A stretch of DNA of 64,000 nt from Octopus vulgaris (Eukaryota), in assembly GCA_951406725.2 (NCBI GenBank), contig OX597814.1, positions 139,004,001-139,068,000 of the forward strand. The letters are read 5' to 3'. This document shows, piece after piece, positions 40,722 to 54,367 of the stretch. Within the stretch, counting starts at the first letter, position 1, and each line of letters starts with the position of its first letter. The position numbers and the translations under genes are program-made. Below the pieces are notes generated by a model. The model was not told the origin of the DNA, ran no database searches, and was given only the letters and a program-made list of their open reading frames with translations.

Positions 40722-40936
40722 AACAATTTCAAATTTTGCCCCAATTTTAGATGGAGAATGTTAGTCAGTTACATCACCCCCAGCGATCAACTGGTACTTT
40801 ATTTCATCGATCCCGAAAAAGATGAAAACCAAAGTCGATCACGGCAAGTCGGCATAATTTGAACACAGAACATAAATGGCTGGAAGAAATGCTGACAATT
40901 TTCCTGACGCGTTAACGATTTTGCCAGCTCACCGCT
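40722..40936 (-). mobile_element. Diverged SINE family A
   Basis: ATCGATCCCGAAAAAGATGAAAACCAAAGTCGA and AACGATTTTGCCAGCTCACCGC. Confidence 0.8.
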
Positions 40937-41064
40937 TTATTAAGAGTCTTATCACCCGAGAATGCGTATCACCAACTCTCTCAACTTGGCAACCTGAACC
41001 TCTTAAAAGTTTGCATAAAGCATACATTGCAGTATTTCCCGCTAATTTATTTATTAGCATGAAA

Positions 41065-41400
41065 GTGCATAGCTCAGTAATTAGAGCGACAGGCTTATAA
41101 TCATTGAGACTGTAAGTTGGATTCCCAGACTGTGCAATGTGTTGTGTTCTTGAGCTAGACACTTTATTATTCGTTGTTTCAATTCATTCAATTGCAGAAA
41201 TATTTTGCGACACCACTGGTGCCAAGCCATATCGGCCTTTGCATTTCCCCTTGTACAACATAGGTGGCATAGAAAGGGGCGACTGGTATGCATGGGAGAC
41301 TGCTGGTCTTCCACAAACAACACTGCCCGGATTTGTGCATCGGAGGGGACATTTCTAAGTGCAATTCCATGGTCATTCGTGATCGAGGGGTTCTTTACCT
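41065..41400 (+). mobile_element. SINE family C-related element with different 3' half
   Basis: TGTGTTCTTGAGCTAGACACTTTAT central domain after a degenerate tRNA-like head. Confidence 0.6.
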
Positions 41401-41954
41401 TTTTATTTTTTGTCAACTCGGTTGCGAAGTGTTTAGCAAAGAGGAAGATAATCTGGGTGTTTGGTGAGTTGTTTGACCAGACTAAATTCACTCCAAAGAG
41501 AAAACATTTTATGAATTCTTAACACCTGAGATGACTTTGAAACTTGGAAATCGCAATAATAATCCGTTGTATCCCTTTAACATAGATACTTATTGTACTT
41601 TTACACATACTTATTGTACTTATATACAATGCCATACTTTGATCCCTCAGCTCCAGATGGGGTCATAATGGCAGCGTTATGATAGGCGGCATGTTTTGAG
41701 CCTTTTAAACTAAACAGGTACAATCCGAATCTAACCACCATTGATATCTTTCAGAGATAAATAGAAGGTAGAGAAGAATCGATCTCAGCACATGACTGAT
41801 ATTTTAGTTATCGAGACGGAAAGGTTGAAGAATCGAGTGGACCACGATAGGATTTTAATACAGAAGGAAGGTGGGTAGAAATGAATTACGCAAAACATTC
41901 CTCCTTTCACTATTCTCCGCTCACTATTCCTGATAGGAAATCCGTGGGGATAGA

Positions 41955-42240
41955 GACGTCATGCACATCCTCCCTGCGGTCCTATCTTAACCAACCATCA
42001 TTACACTTACCGGCAGGATTCTCAAGCGGGACCAACTGAGATTATGGATATTACCCAATCGTCAAGTACTTGGCCTATTCCTCGGTCTCGTCTCCTATCG
42101 ATTGCCGTAGTACTGAAGCTGCAACGTTGCAATGCAGAGAAGTAGTGGCTCGATCTGGTGAAACTCACAGATCTCCGAGCAACGCACTCTGTCGGGTAAC
42201 GTCACTCTAGAAGATCCTTCGATGGAATCTTATTTCGGCT
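41955..42240 (-). mobile_element. Highly decayed RTE-like 3' end
   Basis: Broken frames give LQYYGN, RPRNRPST..LGNI and DR..R motifs. Confidence 0.4.
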
Positions 42241-43905
42241 CTTTGTTTTAGCAATCGCGTTCTTTCGTTCATTACCCAAATTTCAAGTCTGGCTTTTTCT
42301 AGTATTTGAATTTAAAATCTATAGAGCCGTAATTAAATGGTTCGGGACAATTTTGATCGATGCTCTAACGATTCTGCAAATCCACCGCTTTTCTAAATTA
42401 TCATACAAATGATTTTTAAATTTGAAACGAAGCAATAAATTCGTGGAGCGGAAGGAATGTTATCAATTGGCGAGACCACAGTATATCACAGGTACTTATT
42501 CGTTCAATTCATTTTTTTTTTTTAAACGTAGCAAAAATAATAAAGATTCTTATTAAATATTCTATATATAATTTTGTTCCTACTCGCCATCGGATTAAAG
42601 TGAATTCCCCAGTGGTTAGAATGGGCGGTGTTTTGTGTTCTTGAGCAAAACACTTTATTTTACGTTTCTACAGTCCGCTCAGTTGCAAATGACTGGCGTT
42701 CTGTTCAGGTTGTTTGTTGTGATCTCAGTCACTTCTAGGCCAAGAAACCCGAGTAACTGACCCTATGAGCCCTAGGAATCGAAACAGTGCTTACTACTCC
42801 TTATGAGTTCAAATTACACCGATGTCTACTTCGCCTTTCCTTAAAATAAGTGCTTGTTATATGCTGATTCAATCTAGTATACACTTCTACAAATATATAG
42901 TTCTATGATTGCATCAAAAATATAATTATCCAACCGAGAGTACAGTAAAGTTTGGTCGCAATCATGTGAGTTATTCTTGTATAAATAAAATGATAGTCGC
43001 TTAACATATAGGTTAAAATTTGAGGGAATAACTAGATTATGTCGTACACATAATGTGCGTTCTGATTGAGAACGTTTTATTCCCTGTCACATGGATGTTT
43101 AACTTCTGACAAATCCAACATTTGATATTTTGAGAATTTTTTTTCCTTATAATAACAATATTGCTCAGTGTCGTGGCGATAAATAGTTTTTGCTTCAATA
43201 TTTTTGTGAGGCTTTTTTCTTCTATACTGTTCGTAGGTATTTATACTATGATAACCAAAAATAGTATTTTCTGCTGAATACGTTTTTTCGCTTGACAGAA
43301 TAAGATATTCGTCTGACTGACCAAAACGTTTTGCCTAGCTAAGCACAGTGCACAAACATTTTAATGCAACAATTTCTTGACAATATAAAAGAAAATCTTT
43401 AAAAATACATAATGTTTCCGAGAAGTATAACTTCTTAAACAAAATTTACGCGCTGGTCTTAAGCTTATCAGGAAAAATAAGTCGAGATGGAAAACAAAAG
43501 TTTTTAGTAGTTTTGACAAGTTTTCGAAGTGAGGCAGAATCAATAACGTATATAGAAGTTTGTCACAGACCTATATACTTAAATATGTTTGGATGTTATT
43601 CAGCTTGAGATCTTTTATCGGAATTAGACAAACTAAAACTTAATAAAAACACAATTGATGATATAGACATACATAACACATAAGTTGCAATTTTCAAAAT
43701 AAAAAGTACAAAAAAATAGCGATAATGGAAAATATAATACTCAGCAGTCGAATAACAGTTTTTTGTTTGGTTTTTGTCTTGTTCTGTTTTTGTCTAGATG
43801 ATATATCTCTGTTTCAATGAGAGATCAAATGTGACTGGTTAAATTATATCTTAGAAGATAACTGCAAAAATAATATATAAGTATACGCGCTCATACATAC
43901 ATATG

Positions 43906-44141
<236 letters not shown>

Positions 44142-44459
44142 CACGATAAAAATAACCACTTGCTTGCACTCAATATACTAATACTTCTGAGTAAGCGCTG
44201 GTGGCGAGGAGTTGGGAGAATTCTCTGAATATATATAAAAGACAGAATGGAATAAAGAGAACAAAAGAATTAACGTGTATTGGAGAGTCGTTGAAGAGGT
44301 CACAGGATGTGTGACGAACGACTTCAGACAAAGGACACTAAAATAAAAACAATGATGAAGCCGAAGTGAAGAATGAATATATAGTATGTGTCTTTATTTG
44401 GCAAAATATGACCATCACGAAATATAATTATATGCTCGCACACATACACACACACTTGC

Positions 44460-44556
<97 letters not shown>

Positions 44557-44558
<2 letters not shown>

Positions 44559-44974
44559 CGCAGGAGTGGCTGTGTGGTAAGTAGCTTGTTTACCAACCAC
44601 ATGGTTCCGGGTTCAGTCCCACTGCGTGGCACCTTGGGCAAGTGTCTTCTGCTATAGCCTCGGGCCGACCAAAGCCTTGTGAGGGGATTTGGTAGGCGGA
44701 AACTGAAAAAAGCCCGTCGTATATATGTATATATATGTGTGTGTGCGTGTGTGTGTTTGTGTGTCTGTGTTTGTCCCCCTAGCATTGCTTGACAACCGAT
44801 GCTGGTGTGTTTATGTCCCCGTTACTTAGCGGTTCGGCAAAAGAGACCGATAGAATAAGTACTGGGCTTACAAAAGAATAAGTCCCGGGGTCGAGTTGCT
44901 CGATTAAAGGCGGTGCTCCAGCATGGCCGCAGTCAAATGACTGAAACAAGTAAAAGAGTAAAAAGAGTAAAAGA

Positions 44975-44975
<1 letters not shown>
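44557..44975 (+). mobile_element. SINE family B full length inside a (TA)n tract
   Basis: Complete head, ACCTTGGGCAAGTGTCTT domain, internal microsatellite, (GTAAAAGA)n tail; (TA)n on both sides. Confidence 0.95.
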
Positions 44976-45025
<50 letters not shown>

Positions 45026-45052
45026 TGTATATGTATGTATGATATATATAAA

Positions 45053-45404
45053 ATAATAGTTTCAAATTGTGGCACAAGGCCAGCAATTTCGATGGAGTGC
45101 ATAAGTCGATTATATCGAACTCAATGATTAACTGGTGTTTATTGACCCCGAAATGATGAAAGACGAAGCCGACCTCGGTGGAATTTGAACTCAAAGCGTA
45201 AAGACAGACGAAATACCTATTTCTTTACTACTCACAAGGGGCTAAACACAGAGAGGACAAACAAGGACAGACAAACGGGTTAATTCGATTATACCTACCC
45301 CAGTGCGTAACTGGTACTTATTTAATCGACCCCGAAAGGATGAAAGGCAAAATCGACCTAGGCGGAATTTGAACTCAGAACGTAGCGGCAGACGAAATAC
45401 CGGT
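45053..45404 (-). mobile_element. SINE family A dimer, 5'-truncated
   Basis: Two core units with linker on the minus strand. Confidence 0.9.
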
Positions 45405-47426
45405 AGGCTGTGTGTCTTGTGGGTTTATGGGTAGGCTGTGATGCAGGCGTAAGAGAATATATTCTCTCGAATTTGTTTGGTGTTAAAACACCTGGAAGTC
45501 ATAGACAAGAGAGATAACTGGCCTCGTTTCGAGTACTCAGTATTGACAAGTATTGATAGGATGACGAAACATTAATGTCTATCGCGTAAATTGGGTCAAC
45601 GAATTGGAACAAGAAATTGGAATATTTAAAGATGGATGGAGAAGACAAAGTATGGTGGATTTTAAGTGAGACTATCCTTCTCCGTTATGTATTTATGTGT
45701 ACATTTGAATGCATTATACCTGAATCCTTTCACATACATGCACCATATAGACTCATACACACACAGCACACACAACAACAAAACAATTCATGTACACGCA
45801 CACACACACACACACACACAAATAACACTTACTGCAAACACATTCACTCACACATACAAAAGCTGAAAATTTAAACAACTTATAACATACTAACACATAC
45901 ACACGCACACGCATTCTTCAAACAACGCAATCATACTTATGCACACATATACAGAACTCTTTCCTCCTCCCCCCCCCCCACTCTCTCACAGCACTCTAAT
46001 GCACATCACATAGCACAATCCCCCTCCCCAACAAAAAATAACAATATGTATATGCAAAACAAAATTCGAAAAACTAATCTACACGCGAAAAAGAAATAGA
46101 GTAAACATATATGCACGATTTCAAAAACCAAAGTTCATATTTAGATACAAACACCCACATGCTCACACACATACATACACAAGCACATACACACACATAC
46201 ACACATAACATACATACATACATACATACACAAACTGCAACAAAAATGATTTACACATAGGCACATATGTGCGGTGAACATACGCAATATACGCGCAACG
46301 ACTATACACTTATTCACACTCACACACACCAGAAGCAACGCAAACAGATGCGGAAACACAGAAATTCAGCACACTTTTCTACATTTCATTTTATATATAT
46401 ATATATAAATATATATATTATACACTGTTACATAACAACAGATGTCGCAAACATATACACACATACAGATTGCACACACTCAGCACTCTCACATATGCGC
46501 ACTTACCACAAATACATTCACAAACACATACGTATACACAATAAATCTGACACACAGCACACGAGCACAAACAAACCCAAACATGCTGAATGCTATCACA
46601 CAGCGTAAGCATTGAAATATAAACATGATAAAAATGCACAGCTCCAAAACAAATTATTAACACGCTTCTGCATTCATATACACGCGTACATAAACGCGCA
46701 TGCTCACACCATGCCAACACTTTCGTTAAATTATTTCTTTATTCGTCATGTCCGATTTATTTCAAAATGTCAATGAAGTGAATTAACTCGTGTTATAATC
46801 TTTCCTCTTTTTTTCCACGGTGCATATTGTATCTTTCCGTTGTTTTACACCATTTTGTCATGTACTTTCATTGAGGTGAGTGATTTACGTCCGAAACGTG
46901 GAAGACAAATAGTTATTTCCTGCGAAGTACTGAGGTCGATAAATATTCTTCAAGGTGGTGCCCCAGCACAGCCGCAGTCTGATGAGTGAAACGAGTAAAA
47001 AATAAAAGATAAATACATATATATTCATGTATGTATGTACGTATGTGTGTTTGTGTGTGTGTGTGAGTAATTCGTGTAAAATCCACATAACGTGCCATTA
47101 ACAGCCCTTATGTCGTTATATGGCTGCTGTATGTTATCCTACAGTAGGGCTGGATACACATATAGAACTCATCCTTGCATAAGATTAATACATCCGTTAT
47201 AACAAGAAAGTTTCGGCCTCTCAACAGTCATCGGTCAGCTTGATGGCAGCCACTATCCTAAAACTTCGAAGTCACTGTCAGCTTTTTCCTTGTAAAATTA
47301 ATATGTGCTACACGAAATGTTTGGTGTAATATTTTTAGTTTTATGTTAAATTGTTTTATAAGTAATGTAACAAAAACAAACATAAATACGTATATGAATC
47401 TATTAATGCATGCCGTTGTGTTTGTA

Positions 47427-47560
47427 CAGTGGCGGACTGGCCAGGTTGCCAGCTTGCCCGATGGCGAGTGGGCCCCTGCGACATTAGAATCCATATGTGG
47501 GACCCATGCTAGTATCTAAGAGGCCCATCCCTCAAGTTTGAGAATTTTTATTTCACTCCT
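47427..47560. mobile_element. hAT-like terminus fragment
   Basis: CAGTGGCGGACTGGCC start followed by GGGCCC-type subterminal motifs; partner end not found. Confidence 0.45.
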
Positions 47561-47849
47561 GGAAGAATGCATTGATTATTTTAGCTTGGCTGTGTTTGTG
47601 ACAGTTGAAAAGAATACTTTTAACAAAAAAAATTAAATGATAAGTTTTGCCTTTCATCCTTTCAGGATCAATGAAGTAAAGAACCATTCAAGTACTGGGG
47701 TTGATGTAGTTGACTTATCTACTCCCCATACATTTCAAGTCTTGTGCCTATATTAGAAACATTATTGGACTATTACACTGTTGGGTGACCATCGCTGGGA
47801 GCAGTAGCTCAGGCGGCCGAGAACGGTTTCCTTCTCTCTCGTTCTCAGG

Positions 47850-48215
47850 ATTCTCAGGATCCAACCACCAGCCGTCTGCACTTTGTCACCATCTTGGTAA
47901 TGCGCACGTGGAAAGATATCTCATCACTCATGTCGATACCCACTGATTTAGGTTCTGGGATTGTAATCCCCTGTGGGCCAGTGTACCCTGTAAGTTTTAC
48001 GTTCAGTTTTGGGCGCTGGTAGCACAGGGCTTGAAAGTTTCCAGCATTAAACTGCATATTATTGTCCTCAGCTCATCCGTAAATTGGGTCCATCTCCTAC
48101 TGAAATTGTGCAACATTTCTTGGGTTTTGTATTTTCTGCGAGACTTTCGTATTGTCTGCGTAGCTAGCAAGGGTGGCTATCCAGGTAGTTAAGGGCGTAT
48201 CTGAGAGGGCTACTA
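47850..48215 (-). mobile_element. CR1/L2-group LINE RT fragment
   Basis: LASYADNTKV (YADD motif)...Y G*AEDNNMQFNAGNFQAL...GIDMSDEISF..I.KMVTKCRR. Confidence 0.8.
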
Positions 48216-48324
48216 TATACCTTCTCAAATCTAAATCTCTTGAGCACTACGAAGTATATTCTATACAGGGAATACCTGTCTCTAATCTCTCACTCTCTGT
48301 ATGTGTATATATATATATATATAT

Positions 48325-48389
<65 letters not shown>

Positions 48390-48649
48390 TTTTGTATACA
48401 TCAGACGACATTACCCAATGTAATCTTTCGTCACTTTAAAAAATATAATAGAATATGAAAAAGAAACAAAAATATTGAAATATCTTTATAAGAAAGAATG
48501 AAATAAAAATAACGATACAAATTTAAAGCGTTTAATAACTTTTAAGCATTTGCTGGAAAAATCGAAAGTTATAAAATATCAAAAATATAGAATATAGTAA
48601 AATTTCCAATATGCGGGAAGATTTTCTTAGTTTATGACGTATGTGCACA

Positions 48650-49030
<381 letters not shown>

Positions 49031-49254
49031 ATAAAGTTTTAGAAACTTTACAATATTTGAAGATTTTCTTAAATTAAAAATTATTAATTAATTACATAAA
49101 ATTAAGTTAACCAAACAGTATGACATGAATCATTTTGAAGCAAATTTTCATGTTATGTTAAGCGCTTTTTTCAGTTTTCAGCTCTTCAGACACACATGTT
49201 ATATATAAGGTAATCGTTATAGAGGTAGCTATTTTTAGTGGTAGTGTAAACTTT

Positions 49255-49530
49255 TTAAGGTTTGGTTCCGGGTTTAGAATCATTATGAGGTATCTTGCGT
49301 TTGCCTTTTCTAGTCGATCATTTTCTTCCTTTATTTTGACACAGGGAGTATATCTGAAATTTTCCCTTTGGTTAAATGTGTAGATTTTCATACATAGAAT
49401 ATTCCTAAGAACTTAATCTTTGACTTGTTTCTTATATAATCTAACTTGATGCATTAATTTTGGTACCGTTTCACCGATATAATACCCATTGCATTCTTGG
49501 CATGTGGTGCTGTAAATGAGATTTTAATGT
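49255..49530 (-). mobile_element. Penelope-like GIY-YIG endonuclease relic (CxxC type)
   Basis: NLIYSTTCQECNGYYIGET...RL and RLEK..RYLI..LNP C-terminal motif. Confidence 0.7.
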
Positions 49531-50239
49531 ACAACTTAAATTCTACTCTCTTATAGAAATATTAGCTGTTGCCGATGCCAAAATAGAGGCATAGGTACAT
49601 CATAGGTAATATTTGAGGAAAGCAGCGGAGGTAAAAGTGAAGCAAGAAAAAAGAACTTAGTTAATATGAATTACCAAATTGAATAATCTTACCTTTTCGA
49701 AATTTTGTTATATAATGACAGCAAGGAAATTACATCTTTTCCAAATTCCTCTTGAGTGTTATACAGCACTGTAAATTATAACATCAATTTCCTCTTTTGA
49801 TCTTAACTCGTGTTGTGAAATAGAATTACGCATCTATCCTCAAACTTCTCTCCTGAAGAGTTTTCGAATTCATATATTATTAATAGCGAACTGACACAAT
49901 TTCTCAGTACAACTTTACTAGAGTGAAATTCAGTCAATTACTACACCACAGATGTGCGACGAAATGTTCTGACACTTTATAACAGTTAATGCTGTGTAAA
50001 AATGAACGAATGTAAATTGAATATTTTTGTGCTTCTGTATTGCAGCTAATTGTTTCAACTACAACACAAACTCAGGTCAAGACATTTGACAAAATAAGGA
50101 CACCTCAAACACATACTGGGGCACCACCATGAATGGTTAGTGTCGAATAAATGAACTTCAGTACTTATTTCTGCAGAACCGACATCAGTAATGAGACACA
50201 CATAGACACAAAGATATACGCACATACCTATATAAATAT

Positions 50240-51030
50240 ATATGAGTGTAAGATATTCCTGGTGTATGCATGGAGAGAAGATTTCATCCATAATGTTTAA
50301 GATGTTATCTGTTGATTGTATAAAGCTTAATTTTTCAGTAATACAGAGTTCACATTTGGTACCCTGCCCTCTGTATTTTTTGGCTTTAACAATAATTTTC
50401 CACATTTTTGTTCCACATTCTTTCAATGTCCATATCATATATGATACGGATGTCGCATGCTTTTTGTTTTTTTGTTTTTTTGTCCCTGAATGACGCAAGA
50501 TGTGTATACCTTTCCTTGAACGAATTGCCCGTCATTCCGATATATGTTTTTGCTATTCCGTTGGGGTCCGTAATCTTGGCCTTGTATACGAGTTCTTTCT
50601 CGACGCAGTTGTTTAGAGGACAGCGGTTTGGGGATCTGAAGTTACATTGTTTTTCTGATGTGTTTCTGGTGTATTTATGCTTATTGTGATTGAGTATTAA
50701 TGACCCTACTTTGGGGAGGCAACTATAGCTAACTTTAACAGTATTCTGTTGAAGATCTTGTGGAATTTGTGCGAATGAGGAAAGTGGCTGTCTATTAGAT
50801 TTAAGAATTTTCTAGCTGTGTTAGAATGCTATAAGGTGGGTTGAACCATAAGAATTTTCTCTGTATCTTCTTGGTCTATTTATATTTGGTTCAATGTGGT
50901 GTCTGCTATTCTTGAACTTTCTCATGCAGCATTATAATATAGGGAAATATTTCAAAAGTACTTTTATAGATGGATAAATTGAAGACACGTCAGCTAACCA
51001 CTTGTTTAATTACTGCTTGCTAGTATTGTT
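50240..51030 (-). mobile_element. Penelope-like element, RT thumb + GIY-YIG, decayed
   Basis: [55 protein letters not shown]...YIGMT, CELCITEKL, EIFSPCIH. Confidence 0.92.
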
Positions 51031-51082
51031 AACCATTTGTTTAATCTTTCACTAGCACTAATTCAACAAATATTAACAACTT

Positions 51083-51360
51083 GTTCAAGGAAACGTATGC
51101 ACAACTTTTTGTATCATTCAGAGACAAAAACAAAGAGCACGCGATATCACTATGAAATATATGAACACTGAATGAAAGTAGAATAAGCAACCCCCTCACC
51201 CCAGGTAGAATGGAATATCATTACTAAAGTCAAAAAGTACAGATGACGGAGTACCAAATGTGAACTCTGAATTACTGAAAAATTAAACATTATACAATCA
51301 AAAGATACCATCTTAAACATTAGGGATGAAATCTTCTCTCCCTGCAGACACAAGCAATAA
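51083..51360 (+). mobile_element. Inverted partial copy of Penelope 3' end
   Basis: Reverse-complement similarity to 50250-50525 (TACCAAATGTGAACTCTG.ATTACTGAAAAATTAA, GATGAAATCTTCTCTCC). Confidence 0.85.
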
Positions 51361-51824
51361 AGAGCCCCTATAAACGAGGGTATCCCTACCAGGATACCCT
51401 CTTTCCTAAACGTGAACATACATAGCACAAAAACTTAACACAAAGAAGAAATATGCCCCAATGACAAACTACCTCAACATACAAGTACAAGAACACCATG
51501 CCCAAAACAACAATAAAACAAAATAATTCAAAATTATAGAAACAAATTAATCACACAAAACAAATTTACTTAAAGACAAATCCAAGGGAGACAAACACCC
51601 AAAAGATATAATTCAAGAGTAACGTCCTCTGATTTATTGATTCATTGTTTTATTTACGCGAATTTACGAGAAATCCCGTGAATGAAGCCAGTCTGTTATC
51701 CAAAATGGAAGAGAACACCTTTTTCCATGTGAGCTGCATGAATAATTGTTAAAACACTATGATATTTTCCTACATTTCTTAACATGAAACCAATGGTAGC
51801 CTTAATTCACAATTAAAGAATATA

Positions 51825-51899
<75 letters not shown>

Positions 51900-51996
51900 T
51901 TTACGAAAAAAACAAAAAACGAAGACAGGTGGTGTACAAAACAAACAGATGTATTAGTATAACGTTCAGGAATAGAAAAAGTCTTTTACGTTTCGA

Positions 51997-52383
51997 ACTT
52001 TTACTTCTTTCAGTCATATGATTGCAGCCATGCTGGAGCACCGCCTTTAGTCGAGCAAATCTACCCCAGGACTAATTCTTTGTAAACCTAGTACTTATTT
52101 TATCGGTCTAAGTTACGGGGACGTAAACACACCAACAGTGGTTGTCAAGCGATGTTGGGGGTCAAACACAGACGCACAAACACATACACACGCATACATA
52201 AATATATATATAAATATAAATACGACGGGCTGCTTTCAGTTTCCGTCTACCATATCCACTCAAGCCTTTGATCGACCCGAGGCTATAGCAGAAGACAATT
52301 GCCCAAGGTGCCACACAGTGGGACTAAACCCGGAACTATGTGGTTTGTAAGAAATCTACTTACCATACAGCCATACACGCGCC

Positions 52384-52385
<2 letters not shown>
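51997..52385 (-). mobile_element. SINE family B
   Basis: Reverse complement of 44557-44975; abuts (TA)n. Confidence 0.92.
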
Positions 52386-52445
<60 letters not shown>

Positions 52446-52891
52446 AGCTTCTATAAAGTACCTTTGCAATTTGAAGTGTGGAAATTGTAAAGATAACGTG
52501 TGGACACGCTGTATATACGTGTGTGCGTTTGTGTGTGTGAGTGTGCGTGTGTGTGTCTGTGTGTGAAGTCTAATTTCAACTTCCACGAAGATAAACACCC
52601 ATTAAAGAATATTTCTCACCCCAAAATGTCAAAGAATATACCGTATTCATCACACTTGTTAAATACAAATACTCTATTGATTGATTACCATGTCGCAAGG
52701 CTTCGTAAAAATTCAAGTTAAGTCACACATTCCTCTACGTAATATTTTACATCCTTCCTCTTTCCGTGAAACTCAGGCAGTGAAATCAAACACATTTCAT
52801 TCACTTCAAACAATTTGTCGATAACTGTCTACATCATCATCTCTTTTTAAAAAGAAATGTGAAAAGTTTGTAATAGTCGTTCACTGTAAAT

Positions 52892-52932
<41 letters not shown>

Positions 52933-53921
52933 CTGGAGGAGGATGGGAGGAGGAAAAATGATGAGAACAATATCGACGACGACGACAACGTTGATGATGA
53001 TGATGACGACTACGACGACATAATCTGAAGTCAATATTTCACGCTCAATTATATCAGGACTGTCAAAACAATAAAATGAAGTGAAGTCTACAGTAGCCTT
53101 AATATATACAATTACCTGACATTCCTATCCGTTTATAATATTGGCAATTATAACGGCAGTGTAATTATCTTCAATAAATACAATTGGGTAGTAAAGAATC
53201 GGATTTTTTTCTCCTCTTTTGATTTTGGTATATGTTGAGTTATTTTCTATAATTTTAGTTTTTAATATATTTCTGACGGTAAATGTATTATTTTGCAATT
53301 CTCTGTAACTAAGAGAACAATTTCCTGTTCGATAATTTAATTGCAGAGTTGATGTCATGATTGAGACGTAAAAGCATAAAGAGAAGATATCAATTCTACT
53401 CAGTCTCGTGAAAATAGAAATAAATTAGGCGGTTGCTTGAGTGAAATTTGAAAGATGGGTGAAAAATGCTTGAATAATAATCGTTTCAAAATGTTTGGAT
53501 TGTCTTTAAGTTAGAATAATAATGAATAATGAGCTCTTCATTTAGTGAGATAGAAATAGAAATTCGGTCTTATTTCTAATTACAAATAGATTAGTTACGC
53601 TAAGTTTTTACTGATTAAAGAGGAAAATATGCGAGAGTACAGATCTATCTGAAAGTACCCAGGGCAAGCAATGATAAGTAGAAAATTTATGACAAGAAAG
53701 TCTGATATTATAATTCATCTCATATTACAAAGGTAAAATTCATTCTTTGTAAGTTTCCAGACATCTATGTTAAAGAGGTTTCGCTTCTTTCGCATGTACT
53801 CAAAAAAAACAAAAACAAATGATATCTTAAATAAGTTTTATAATCCAAGTTTACTTAATCCTGACAAATTTCGAAAGGAGGTATACAAAGTTTTATCTAA
53901 AATGGTTTAGTAAGTGATTAT

Positions 53922-54367
53922 GGATCTTTATCTTTTCACTGATAGATTTTCAAAATAATTTTTGTAACTAAACACTTTCAAACTTCGTATACTTGTAGAC
54001 TGTGTCACATAAAACATCGATATAGTGGTGCCATGAAGTAAATATACTTCAGATACAACCGTTTATCCATACAAACGTAATTGAGATGAAATATGTCATA
54101 AATAACAGTGACAAACGAAATTTACACCGCCGGAAGTTGCTGTTGACAAACAACAGCAGTAATTTTATTCAGCTGAATTCACGTCATTGATTGGTTGAAA
54201 TTACCGAAATACGACAACTTTAACAAAAAATAACTTCCAAAATACAGAATTTTCTCAACAACGAGAAAAAGATGTGTTATGTGACACAATCTACCATTAA
54301 ACGATGTTTGAAAGTGTTTAGTTACAAAAATTATTTTTTAAATCAGTCGGTCAAAAGGTAAAGATCC
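53922..54367. mobile_element. Mutator-type MITE
   Basis: ~95-bp TIRs starting GGATCTTTA / ending TAAAGATCC; perfect 9-bp TSD AGTGATTAT at 53913-53921 and 54368-54376. Confidence 0.9.

Noticed and set aside
46865-46910. CCGAAACGTGG hammerhead-like end
   Set aside because: The triplet would be GUG (not NUH), and there is no CUGANGA box or convincing stem II.
46975-47000. CTGATGAGTGAAACGAGTA resembling a hammerhead core
   Set aside because: No room for stem II; it is a mutated SINE B tail (GCAGTCAAATGACTGAAACAAGTA in other copies).
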